Assembly (NCBI GenBank): GCA_018819305.1
Contig: JAHJQO010000040.1
Location: 44,320-108,319 of the forward strand
Length of the DNA: 64,000 nucleotides
Reading direction: 5' to 3'
Origin: Nanobdellota archaeon
Lineage (GTDB): Archaea; Nanobdellota; Nanobdellia; Woesearchaeales; SM23-78
Shown here: positions 54,029-63,249 of the stretch, piece by piece
Position numbering within the stretch: position 1 is the first letter of the stretch
Layout: each line of letters begins with the position of its first letter
The notes under the pieces: model-generated
What the model saw: the letters and a program-made list of their open reading frames with translations, nothing else
Told to the model about the DNA's origin: nothing
Database searches by the model: none
Position numbers and translations under genes: made by a program

Positions 54029-54159
54029 TAATCAACCACCCCAAAAATTATAATAAAAGAAACTCTGCTATGTTTTAAATACTTTTCTATAAAACAAAAT
54101 ATGTTTTATAGACTCAAAAAATCGAAAATTTTTTGATTTCTATACACAAAAACATACTT

Positions 54160-57100
54160 TCAGTCTTTTTTTATCAAATCATTGCAATCCACTGACAAGA
54201 AAGAATTCAAATGCTGCTCCAGGAATGATTTGAGCTTTGATTCAAGCAATCCTTTTATATTGCCGTCTCTCATCAAAGCATTCACATATTCATTGTCAAT
54301 TGCAGGAATCATTCTCAGCATTTCTGACTGCAGCTGGCTTGTATCTGGCAGCCTGCCTTCAAGAATATCATGCACATACTGGTTTTTCATAGAATCAGGC
54401 AGTTCATTGAGTTCTTTTTGCAGCATATCATAAGCTGCTCCTTTAAAATCTCTTGTTGAAGCAACTTCTTTCAGAATTTCCGGAGCATTTTCATCAAACT
54501 TATCAACAGCCTTATTCAAAAGCTGCTCTTTTGCAGACTCTGCAGTTTCAAAACTATTTAATGCATCATGATAAACATCTTCAATCTCATCATTTCTAAG
54601 GCATGCAACTGCCTGCTCTGCAGATATGCCATAACTATCAACACAACCTTTTTCAACTGCTTTTTCAACAAGCATGTCTCTTATTTCTTGTCCATTCCTG
54701 CTGTTGGCAATTTCAAGCAAATCTTTCTTTTTCTGGTCAGCAGTAAGCTCATTTTCAGCTGCCTGAATCAGTTTGCCATAAGCAAGACTTTCTGGGTCCT
54801 GACCTTTTGCAACTTCTTTTAATATTTCAGGTGCTTTTGAACTGTCAACATAATCAATTCCTTTTTGCATAGCCATTTGTTTTGTGGCTGTTGTCAAATC
54901 CTCTCCTGCCATTATATTATTAAATATAAAATTTGCATCCTGATTTTTTATCTGACCTGACAAATGATTCATCACTGTTTGTCTTTCCCAGATAGACAGG
55001 TCTTCAACAGAGTCAACAAGAGAATTGCCAATTATATCTTCATTGATTGTGTCAACAATAAAGCTTTCAAAATAATTCTTTAAGTCGCCGCCAAGAGCAT
55101 CAACATTTAACTTAACCATATCATTAAAGTCACCATTGCCAGTAACTGCATTTACAAAATCATCAGTGTCAGGCAGTTCAATATAAGGTTTTAAATCATC
55201 AGGAATAATACCTGCAGGAAGAAATGAGCCTAATTCTTTTTCAAGCAGCTCAGAAACAACTAAATCAAGCAAAGAGTTAGTTTGCACACAATTACTAATA
55301 GCATTTGCCAGCATCTTATTGCCATTCTTGTCAACAGGAACGAGTGCAACACAATAGTTTTTTCTCAGAACCTTGTCAATTATTATGGATAATTCTCCGC
55401 ATTTCTTAAGATTAAACACCATTTTACCATCTTTGACAACTCCTTTGATGGCAGGCACCATAACTGTTTCTCCTGAAAACTTACTCACAGGAACATTGCA
55501 GTCTTTTAAATCAAGGAACTTTGAATAAGGATTTGTATTTACATATTGGTCAAGCTGGCTTACTTTCTGGTTTATGCCGCTATTTGCCATTACAACAAAC
55601 TGGCTTGGATTTGATTTATCAAGAATATCTGTTGGTATCATGTTTGTAAGGAAATCAGTGCAATGCACTTCATAACCAGCAACATCCAAAGGATTACCAT
55701 CCTTGTCTTTTGGCACTTCAACCACAACTTCAAATTTTCTTGACTGTGTTTCATCAAGAGCTTCTAATATTGAACTTGCTGATGCAATATAACCAAGAAG
55801 AGGATTAATTAAGCCTGCAAGTTCTAAAACCTTGTTTAAATCTGAAGGTGATGTGCCAACTTCTGTTTCTACTAATGTTATTTCTCCTTGTTTCACTGGT
55901 TCAGGGGGCTTGTCTTTCATCTGAAATGAGAATTTCATCTTCATTAGCTCAGTTTTGTTTTCATCTGGTTTTGCACAAAGCCTGAACTTGTCTTTGTTGT
56001 AAACACATTGAGCAACATCTGTGTTAACAAAGAAACCTTCTTTAGCAGTTGTTAGTTTTGTAAGTTTTATAACCTTGTAATTATCCCAAGTGATTGCACC
56101 ATCCAATTCACCAAACTCTTTCATTTGTATAAGTTCTGCAGTATTCAAGGATCCTGTATCAAGAAACTTAAGCCTGAGCAAGTAAGATTTATAACTTGAA
56201 GGAGGAACTATTTTGCCAAAATAAAACTCATGCCTGTCAATTGTTTCAAAAGAACCATCACTTCTCTTAATAACCAAAGACGCTGTGTTTTCTTCTGTAT
56301 TAAACATAATGTTTAAGTCATTTCCTGAAACAACATTTGAAAGATTGAATTCGCAACCGCATTTATATTTCTGGTTTGAAAAGCAGTCTTCAAAAGCTTC
56401 CATCATATCATAGAACAAAGGATAATCCTCGCACTGATCTGCAAATGACAAAGTAAAATCATATTTATCAGGCTGATCATTGAACTCTTTCATTTTCTCA
56501 TTCAAACATGTTCTAGGATCATCAGTGCACGCATTCCAAGTCTTGTCAAACCAGTCAGTAAGCTGCTTTATTGGATCATCCATCTTCTTATTTACACGAG
56601 TTGTAAATGCTGGCTTGAAATTATAAGTGCCAAAACCTACAGTTTCCTTGGTTTTAGAATCTGGACCTATTGTATCTGGTTCAAAATAAGTTTCCGTAAC
56701 AGCTCCAGTTATGTCTGAATCAGAACCCTGATTTGAATCAGAAGGAATTACTGGTGTATTTAAAAACGCGTCAGGCAAATCATATTTGTTACATACAGTG
56801 TTAAGTTCTGTATTTATAGGTTGATTGCATCCAGATCCTGATATTGAATCTGCTTTTTCAAGCAGGCACTCAGGATGAATATGATCTGTTGAACCAAAAC
56901 TATGAAGAACCATTTTCTGAGAACCGTATTTTAAACCTGTAGGTACACCTTTGTAAAGCACTGCAAAATGAAGGTGAGCTCCATAAACATCAGGCCTGCA
57001 ATATCCTGATTTATCTTTTCCTCTGCCACCAACAGTTCCTATTTTTTGTCCTCGCTCAACTTGCTGGTCAGGTTCTACATTCCAAGTATCTAAGTGCAAA

Positions 57101-57933
57101 TATTCTGTGCTAAGTCCAGAGCCATGATAAATAACAACTCTTCCCCAGCATTTGTCAACAGCAGTTACTTTTCCGCTCGCAGCAGCAATAACATTGGTTC
57201 CTTTGCTTGCAGTAATATCAATTCCAGGATGATCAGTTGAACCTATATTTCCACCCATGTCTCTCCATCCAAAACAAGAATGAATCATTTTCTGAGCTGT
57301 CTGAACTGGCCAAGAAAGTTTTCCTCCTTCAAAAGTTGGCATAATAGCAAGAGGGTCTTTTTTTCTGGCTTCTATACTCAAAACATTAAAATCACTATCA
57401 GTGTCAGATATACCATAAAGCAAGAAATGATCTTCAAACTTTTTTATACTTAAGTTATAAGAAATTGGAAGATTAATACCTGTAAGTTGGTAGTAGTTCT
57501 TGGTGCGAGCCACAAAATCATCCTGAAATGCATTAAGAAATGCTGTTTCACAATCAGGAAAGCAAAGAGTATCATTTGTACTCCAAAGCGGATAAACAAA
57601 TTTACCACAGGGCGACGCCCATTCATCAACAACTTCTTCTTCTGCAACACCCACAAAGCAGGATTGCCTGATTTTATCTAAAGCTGTCTGGGATGAAAGT
57701 TTTGAGGACTGGTCTAAAAATAAATGAATTGCATCTGCATCCTGAAGAGCTGAAAAAACACTCATTTGTTTTTCTCCTAAAAACTGCTCTTCACCATTAA
57801 AATCCTTAATATTTTTTGCATTACTTAAGGCAATAAGTGCATATGAAAGAGTGATAATTGTAAAAAGCAGCACAAAAATAGGATAAACCTGTGCTTTTTT
57901 GTTTTTTCTTAAACTTCTTGATTTTATTTTCAT
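54160..57933 (-). CDS. 1257-aa pilin-like-anchored protein with M23/LytM metallopeptidase domain
   Basis: The N-terminus MKIKSRSLRKNKKA-QVYPIFVLLFTIITLSYALIAL has the class III signal shape. The M23 motifs are HPGIDI (HxxxD) and AHLHF (HxH) with GKVTAV...GLSTEYLHL...VERGQKIGTVGG between them (about aa 205-330, nt 56944-57321). A C-terminal internal repeat is APEILKEVAKG... / APEILKEVAST.... The start overlaps the upstream stop (ATGA). Confidence 0.8.
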   Translation of the reverse strand: MKIKSRSLRKNKKAQVYPIFVLLFTIITLSYALIALSNAKNIKDFNGEEQFLGEKQMSVFSALQDADAIHLFLDQSSKLSSQTALDKIRQSCFVGVAEEEVVDEWASPCGKFVYPLWSTNDTLCFPDCETAFLNAFQDDFVARTKNYYQLTGINLPISYNLSIKKFEDHFLLYGISDTDSDFNVLSIEARKKDPLAIMPTFEGGKLSWPVQTAQKMIHSCFGWRDMGGNIGSTDHPGIDITASKGTNVIAAASGKVTAVDKCWGRVVIYHGSGLSTEYLHLDTWNVEPDQQVERGQKIGTVGGRGKDKSGYCRPDVYGAHLHFAVLYKGVPTGLKYGSQKMVLHSFGSTDHIHPECLLEKADSISGSGCNQPINTELNTVCNKYDLPDAFLNTPVIPSDSNQGSDSDITGAVTETYFEPDTIGPDSKTKETVGFGTYNFKPAFTTRVNKKMDDPIKQLTDWFDKTWNACTDDPRTCLNEKMKEFNDQPDKYDFTLSFADQCEDYPLFYDMMEAFEDCFSNQKYKCGCEFNLSNVVSGNDLNIMFNTEENTASLVIKRSDGSFETIDRHEFYFGKIVPPSSYKSYLLRLKFLDTGSLNTAELIQMKEFGELDGAITWDNYKVIKLTKLTTAKEGFFVNTDVAQCVYNKDKFRLCAKPDENKTELMKMKFSFQMKDKPPEPVKQGEITLVETEVGTSPSDLNKVLELAGLINPLLGYIASASSILEALDETQSRKFEVVVEVPKDKDGNPLDVAGYEVHCTDFLTNMIPTDILDKSNPSQFVVMANSGINQKVSQLDQYVNTNPYSKFLDLKDCNVPVSKFSGETVMVPAIKGVVKDGKMVFNLKKCGELSIIIDKVLRKNYCVALVPVDKNGNKMLANAISNCVQTNSLLDLVVSELLEKELGSFLPAGIIPDDLKPYIELPDTDDFVNAVTGNGDFNDMVKLNVDALGGDLKNYFESFIVDTINEDIIGNSLVDSVEDLSIWERQTVMNHLSGQIKNQDANFIFNNIMAGEDLTTATKQMAMQKGIDYVDSSKAPEILKEVAKGQDPESLAYGKLIQAAENELTADQKKKDLLEIANSRNGQEIRDMLVEKAVEKGCVDSYGISAEQAVACLRNDEIEDVYHDALNSFETAESAKEQLLNKAVDKFDENAPEILKEVASTRDFKGAAYDMLQKELNELPDSMKNQYVHDILEGRLPDTSQLQSEMLRMIPAIDNEYVNALMRDGNIKGLLESKLKSFLEQHLNSFLSVDCNDLIKKD

Positions 57934-58577
57934 TTTATTAGTTTTATTTCAAAAAATGCAGTGTGTGAATAAAACATTATCTTTGCCATTTGGCCATCTG
58001 TGCAAGGTATTACTTGCGAGCCAAAGCCTGCTTCTCTGTAAGGAGTTGCAAATAACTCCCAAGCTAAAGGTTTAGGAATTGCATTAGAAGCAGCAGTACC
58101 TGCCAAAAAAATCACAGTTACAAGACTGTTTATGCTTTTCTTAAGGCTGCTTTTATGGCCAAATGTTTTTTTGCTTGAATTTGAATATATAATCCAAAGT
58201 TCCCAATCATCATCATAAATTCCATCAAAGAAGTTCTCTAATGACGCTTTCAAAGCATCATGGTTATAATCGTAATAGTCTTCTTGTTTATTGCAAGTCC
58301 ATGATATCAAATCTGCATTTGTTATATCTTCACCCACATCTGGAAATAAATCCTTTGGAATGTTTCCATCTGAATCATAAACTGGTGATATTAAGAAATT
58401 ATTTAGCAAAAGCTCTGTACTAAGTGAAGAAGCCCCAAGTTCTGCTTCTGCTGATTTATTGGCAGCCATAAACCTAAATAAAAAGATAAAAATAATAAAA
58501 ACAGCCACTAAGAAAATAACTGCAAAAATAGTCAAAATGGTTTTCATTCCTTTTTTTGATTTCAAAAGTCTTTTCAT
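57930..58577 (-). CDS. Pilin-like (class III signal-type) protein
   Basis: 215 aa with the N-terminus MKRLLKSKKG-MKTILTIFAVIFLVAVFIIFIF. Translationally coupled to both neighbours. Confidence 0.55.
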   Translation of the reverse strand: MKRLLKSKKGMKTILTIFAVIFLVAVFIIFIFLFRFMAANKSAEAELGASSLSTELLLNNFLISPVYDSDGNIPKDLFPDVGEDITNADLISWTCNKQEDYYDYNHDALKASLENFFDGIYDDDWELWIIYSNSSKKTFGHKSSLKKSINSLVTVIFLAGTAASNAIPKPLAWELFATPYREAGFGSQVIPCTDGQMAKIMFYSHTAFFEIKLIK

Positions 58578-58580
58578 TTT

Positions 58581-59099
58581 TCAGTTAGGTATCAAAATCA
58601 TTGTTTTGATGTAGCCAGGAAGATTCACACTATTTTTTCTATAAAGTATAGGTATGGTTCTAGTGAAAATATCTGCACTGCCTTCTCCTTTTATCCTACT
58701 CTGAGCAAGAGGTTCCAAGCGCGTATACCAAACACCGTTAAGATAAGCTGTTTTTACAAGCTCTTTTTTCTGGTCATATAATTCTAGTTTTGCAGCTATT
58801 TGTCTTTCATAAGAGTAAGTAATAGATTTGTCTAAGGTTTCATTTGTAAAATTATCCAAGGCAATAATACCAGGATAAACTCTACCTGTTACCTGATCCA
58901 TGTACATTATTGAATTCGGAGAATATATCAACCGATTGAAAAGAACTTCTCTCTGAAGCGGTTTAGGATCAACAGTAATGTTAATGAATAAGTTGATTAA
59001 AAGAAATATACCTGCCATGACTGCAACAGTTAGGACAATATAAGGAATAAATTCTAATATTTCCTCAGCTCCCACACCTCCTTTTTTGTTAAGTTTCAT
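58581..59099 (-). CDS. Pilin-like protein
   Basis: 172 aa with the N-terminus MKLNKKGG-VGAEEILEFIPYIVLTVAVMAGIFLLI. 2-3 nt gaps to both neighbours. Confidence 0.5.
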   Translation of the reverse strand: MKLNKKGGVGAEEILEFIPYIVLTVAVMAGIFLLINLFINITVDPKPLQREVLFNRLIYSPNSIMYMDQVTGRVYPGIIALDNFTNETLDKSITYSYERQIAAKLELYDQKKELVKTAYLNGVWYTRLEPLAQSRIKGEGSADIFTRTIPILYRKNSVNLPGYIKTMILIPN

Positions 59100-59101
59100 T
59101 T

Positions 59102-59533
59102 CTAATCAAACCTTATTGAATTATTCTCAAATATAATTTTAAAACTCGATGGAGTAACAGTAATATTTGACTTATTGACAGAAACATATTCATTAAACCC
59201 AATTCTAAACAAAGTCTTGGCTCTTGATTCCACAGGCTTGTCATCCCTGTCTGTTAAAAAAACATGGTCTGGCTCCAGATTAATATCCAAAGGCATATTA
59301 TCAGGTGTATTGACATCATACTCCATGACAAAATAGCCATTGCTTGCATGCATGGAATCAACTAAAAGAGCTAGGTCTCTGGCATAAAACCTTTTATGAA
59401 AAGTAGAATCACCAAGTGCACTCTCCACTCTGAGAAAAACAGCTATTACAAAGAAAGCTGCCAGTATCAAACCGAACATCACATAGAAAAGATTTGCCAG
59501 CATTGTCTTGGCTTTTTTATTAAATAAATACAT
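59102..59533 (-). CDS. Pilin-like protein
   Basis: 143 aa with the N-terminus MYLFNKKA-KTMLANLFYVMFGLILAAFFVIAVF. Confidence 0.5.
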   Translation of the reverse strand: MYLFNKKAKTMLANLFYVMFGLILAAFFVIAVFLRVESALGDSTFHKRFYARDLALLVDSMHASNGYFVMEYDVNTPDNMPLDINLEPDHVFLTDRDDKPVESRAKTLFRIGFNEYVSVNKSNITVTPSSFKIIFENNSIRFD

Positions 59534-59609
59534 AAGTATGACTATTGATAATCGGCTTTAAAAATATTTAGTTTTTAATTAACAATATAAACTTAATTTT
59601 TTTGTTTTC

Positions 59610-60761
59610 TTATTGATAAGTATTACTAATCTGCTTTAGAGACAATAAAAGGGAGTTCCCGCATTCAACTCTTTTTCCTTGCTTATAAAAAGCACACTTA
59701 TCATTTTCATTATGAACCTTACAAGGGTCAGAACTACAATAATATTGTTCCTGAGTGTCACAACTCGCGGTTTCGCTAATAGCTTTGCAATAATGGCTGC
59801 ATTTTGTTATAGCTTCACAGTTTACTGGCAGCACTTGGAACGAAGTTCCACCAGTAGAAAGACAATAGACCTTATCAAGTTGCTGACTCAAATCAACAAA
59901 TGTATTTCCACATAAGCAATTAGAAGTTATTTTTTGATTAATGGCACAATTTGTTATGCCTGTTTGTAAAATGCATTTCTGCTGGTCATCATTATAATAA
60001 CAAAACTGATTAACACTGACTTTTGAATTACTTCTTTTACCTATACACAGCTCATCTGATGTGGAAGGACATTCAACCAGAGTAGATTCTCTTTGCTTAA
60101 TCATTTCTGGAGAAAGACCTGCGGCAACCAGAACATGAATATTTCCATTAGGAGCAATAAATTTCTCAAGATATAAATCAACCATTTTTGCATATCCCAG
60201 CTGCAAATGATCATAATCAAAACGCAACTCAGCAGGATAGTCTACAGTTAATTCAGGAGAATGCTTTGGAAAATTCACTAAATCACCAGGATCTAAATAT
60301 GAAGATATCATATCTACTCCACTCAAAAAATATCCGTGAAAAATCACATTATCATCAAAAGGCCTGCATGTTGAAGGATTAGATGGGACATGATCCAATT
60401 TGTTATAAAAACAAAGACAAGGCTTGTATCCCTTACAATCCTTTACAGGATACTGCTCATAAGAGAATCCTGATTTGGGTCCATTTAATCCAAAAATATA
60501 ATGTTTTTTCTTCATGTAAAAAATCATGGTTTGAGAGTCAAAAGACCCATCTTTCTCAAGCATGAACTCCAAATTATCTGCCAAAGCATTATAATTGCTA
60601 AGAGCAGCAGGTTCTTGTCCTCCTGTTAAAGCTTGTATAAATTTATAACCGAGGTAAACAAGCAATACAATGCACATTATAACAAAAATTATGTGAATTA
60701 AATCACCCATGCCAGTCTCTTGTTGGCCTCTTTTATTCAATTTTCTCTGAAAAAAACGCAT
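59610..60761 (-). CDS. Pilin-like protein with cysteine-rich C-terminal half
   Basis: 383 aa with the N-terminus MRFFQRKLNKRG-QQETGMGDLIHIIFVIMCIVLLVYL. About 20 Cys lie in the last 170 aa. Confidence 0.5.
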   Translation of the reverse strand: MRFFQRKLNKRGQQETGMGDLIHIIFVIMCIVLLVYLGYKFIQALTGGQEPAALSNYNALADNLEFMLEKDGSFDSQTMIFYMKKKHYIFGLNGPKSGFSYEQYPVKDCKGYKPCLCFYNKLDHVPSNPSTCRPFDDNVIFHGYFLSGVDMISSYLDPGDLVNFPKHSPELTVDYPAELRFDYDHLQLGYAKMVDLYLEKFIAPNGNIHVLVAAGLSPEMIKQRESTLVECPSTSDELCIGKRSNSKVSVNQFCYYNDDQQKCILQTGITNCAINQKITSNCLCGNTFVDLSQQLDKVYCLSTGGTSFQVLPVNCEAITKCSHYCKAISETASCDTQEQYYCSSDPCKVHNENDKCAFYKQGKRVECGNSLLLSLKQISNTYQ

Positions 60762-60824
60762 AATAAGGAAATTTGATTATTTAGTATAAATTTGTTTCGG
60801 TAAGAAAGAGAAAAAAAATAAAGC

Positions 60825-61466
60825 TTAATTCTGATCAGTAGGATAAACATTTATTGTGATACTCTTTTCTGATGGAGTTCCTGCTTTGCATTTCTCAGTA
60901 TCAACTTTGCAAATAACAGGAATACGTCCTGTCGCTCCAATTATAGAGCATTCAGCATTAAACACAGGTTTTCCTTTATCAGAAGTTGTCCAAGTTTCTT
61001 TTTCACAAGGAATTGCCTTAACTGAAGACGCATTAATCTTAATACATCCTTCTGCTTTGATATTTGTCTCACACTCAATGTAAAAAGTTCTTTCAACAAC
61101 AACAGATTCCGGAGTAACAGTAATACGAGTAATATTTACTTTTTCATCAGGAGCCCCACCAGCACTTCCTCCACCTGAAACTATTTCTCCAAAACAACAA
61201 TAAGGTCGAGCAGGGTCTGCTTCAGAACACTGAAATATTTTCATCTTTGTACCATCACAAGCAGTATTCGCAGATACACAAACACCTTCTTTTCCCCAAA
61301 GATTTCCAAAACCCGAACAGCTAATTGCTTCACCAGTTATATTCTGAGCAGGTTTAAAAGCTCCTTTAGTCGCAAGATTTAGGAGTATATACGTAGCAAC
61401 TGCTAATAAAATAACAGTAAATATGATTTCTGGCACGCTCATTCCTTTTTTTGATTTTAACAACAT
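60825..61466 (-). CDS. Type IV pilin-like protein (G-MxxxE signature), cysteine-rich
   Basis: ATG at 61466 gives MLLKSKKG-MSVPEIIFTVILLAVATYILL, with Glu at +5 after the putative cleavage Gly. The listed start at 61478 is TTG. Confidence 0.6.
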   Translation of the reverse strand: MLLKSKKGMSVPEIIFTVILLAVATYILLNLATKGAFKPAQNITGEAISCSGFGNLWGKEGVCVSANTACDGTKMKIFQCSEADPARPYCCFGEIVSGGGSAGGAPDEKVNITRITVTPESVVVERTFYIECETNIKAEGCIKINASSVKAIPCEKETWTTSDKGKPVFNAECSIIGATGRIPVICKVDTEKCKAGTPSEKSITINVYPTDQN

Positions 61467-61478
61467 ATCACCTAGCAA

Positions 61479-62249
61479 TTATTCTTTTATGGCATGAATA
61501 CACACAATAGGCTCTTCTCCTTTCATATGCTTTTCAAATGAAACAAATTGTCCAAATGTTTTTACTGTTTTTGGGAAGTTGGAAAAATCTAAAACAGCAT
61601 AACCTTTAGGATCTTTTCCAAGCCCTAACTGAGCATTTTTCAAATTATCTTCACCATCAGCAATATCTTTTTGCTTATCTTTTGTATCAAGTAATAGACA
61701 AACTCTCCCACCGGGAAACTCCCATGAAGCTCTGCTTTTGGCTCCTCTTAAACCTAAAAAACCTCCTGCTCTGTTATAAATCTTCCAAACAGAACGCGTA
61801 TTTTTCATAGTGCTCAATTGTGTATTATAATTATCAATAACAATGAATACTAAACCTTCATCTTTAGTGTTAGAATAACTTATTATGTTCTTCATATATT
61901 GCGTTGCTTGATCGCATTTTTCAGAGTCTGCCAAACAACCGGTTAATGCTTCTTTTAAATGCGTCCGAAACACTGCAATTGCCTCAGCTTCATTTGATGG
62001 AATATTTATATCAAGCACACATCTATAATCTTTACAAAGACCATTTTGTCCTGCCAATTTGCATTCCTTTCCATCCTGAAGACCTGCGCATGCTTTTGAA
62101 GAATCTAATGTATCTTTTGAGATTTGACTCATAGTCTTCCCAGACAACTTTAATGGATCTAACAAAATAATAAGAACAAAAGTCAACAATAAAACACCAA
62201 ATATGACTCCTAAAAATGAAACACCTTTTTTATTTTTTCCTAAATACAT
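61479..62249 (-). CDS. Pilin-like protein
   Basis: 256 aa with the N-terminus MYLGKNKKG-VSFLGVIFGVLLLTFVLIILL. The stop abuts the next ORF. Confidence 0.55.
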   Translation of the reverse strand: MYLGKNKKGVSFLGVIFGVLLLTFVLIILLDPLKLSGKTMSQISKDTLDSSKACAGLQDGKECKLAGQNGLCKDYRCVLDINIPSNEAEAIAVFRTHLKEALTGCLADSEKCDQATQYMKNIISYSNTKDEGLVFIVIDNYNTQLSTMKNTRSVWKIYNRAGGFLGLRGAKSRASWEFPGGRVCLLLDTKDKQKDIADGEDNLKNAQLGLGKDPKGYAVLDFSNFPKTVKTFGQFVSFEKHMKGEEPIVCIHAIKE

Positions 62250-62319
62250 TCAATCACCATTTCTTACACTAAATTATTATTTTTTTAGTATATAAAGGTT
62301 GCGAAAGCAACAAAATAAA

Positions 62320-63030
62320 TCAAGCTGTAACACAAGCATTCACATCTCTATCAGTCTCCTTGTCCACGAATGATTTAATGCTAGCAACATAATTCACAAG
62401 GCTGTTTTCTGAGCAAGGAGCATACTTAACTAAAATATCTCCAACAGTTGTTAATCCTTCTCCAACATAATTATTTTTTATCAGGTCAAACCAGTGCTGA
62501 ACTCCTCTTTTCCAGGTTGGATAACTGCAAAATCCTTCATAATTTGTGCCTGAATATTTAGTTTTGCACGTATTTGTATATCTTATATTTCCAATTGACT
62601 TGGTTGTTGAGGCTTTACCTGCTTTTCCAAAACTTGATTCTTGCCTGAAAAATGCAAGAGCAATAGCATTATCAATTCCTGTTCTTTCACTCTCAGATAC
62701 AAAAAAACTAGCTATGTCAGGCTCTGCTATGATTGCTGGCGAGTTGGCATCTTTGAGTATTTTTTCAACTTCTGCTGCAGACAATGAAGGAGAATGCATA
62801 ACTGTAAGTTTGCATTTCAAAGCATTATCATTACAAGATTCTCCTGAATTTTCAGAGCCAAAAACACCTAAATCAATATCTATAGGAGTATTATCATCTG
62901 CTACAACAAAAATACTTTGAACTACTTTTCTTGAACCAGGAAAAACTATCAAAATAAGTGCAATAATTACAAATATGATGAGCACAATTGTGAATATTTT
63001 TCCTAATACATTTTCTGCACCATCAGACAT
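62320..63030 (-). CDS. N-terminally anchored lysozyme-like (GH73 glucosaminidase / SLT-type) murein hydrolase
   Basis: 236 aa with a hydrophobic N-terminal helix (KIFTIVLIIFVIIALILIVF). The pattern GIDNAIALAFFRQESSFGKAG...IGNIRY...FCSYPTWKRGVQHWFDLIKNNY...VKYAP...NYVASIKSFV has a catalytic-type Q-E-S-x-F. Confidence 0.6.
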   Translation of the reverse strand: MSDGAENVLGKIFTIVLIIFVIIALILIVFPGSRKVVQSIFVVADDNTPIDIDLGVFGSENSGESCNDNALKCKLTVMHSPSLSAAEVEKILKDANSPAIIAEPDIASFFVSESERTGIDNAIALAFFRQESSFGKAGKASTTKSIGNIRYTNTCKTKYSGTNYEGFCSYPTWKRGVQHWFDLIKNNYVGEGLTTVGDILVKYAPCSENSLVNYVASIKSFVDKETDRDVNACVTA

Positions 63031-63039
63031 TTTTTAACC

Positions 63040-63195
63040 TCAAAAAATACTTTTTAATAAATTTGGAAGATTCAAAGCAATTACCATTATAATTAGAACA
63101 ATAAGAAGCAAACCAAGTATAATCCAAAGTGTGCTGCCTAAAGCAGGCATTGGCTGTACATCTGCCTGTGCTTTCTTATTATTCATATTCTTCAT
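63040..63195 (-). CDS. 51-aa single-pass membrane protein
   Basis: MKNMNNKKAQADVQPMPALGSTLWIILGLLLIVLIIMVIALNLPNLLKSIF. Below the ORF-track cutoff. It fills the gap in the operon. Confidence 0.35.
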   Translation of the reverse strand: MKNMNNKKAQADVQPMPALGSTLWIILGLLLIVLIIMVIALNLPNLLKSIF

Positions 63196-63249
63196 ATTAA
63201 AACCTTTTATTTTATTGTATTTAATGATTTCGATAATTATAAAATATTA

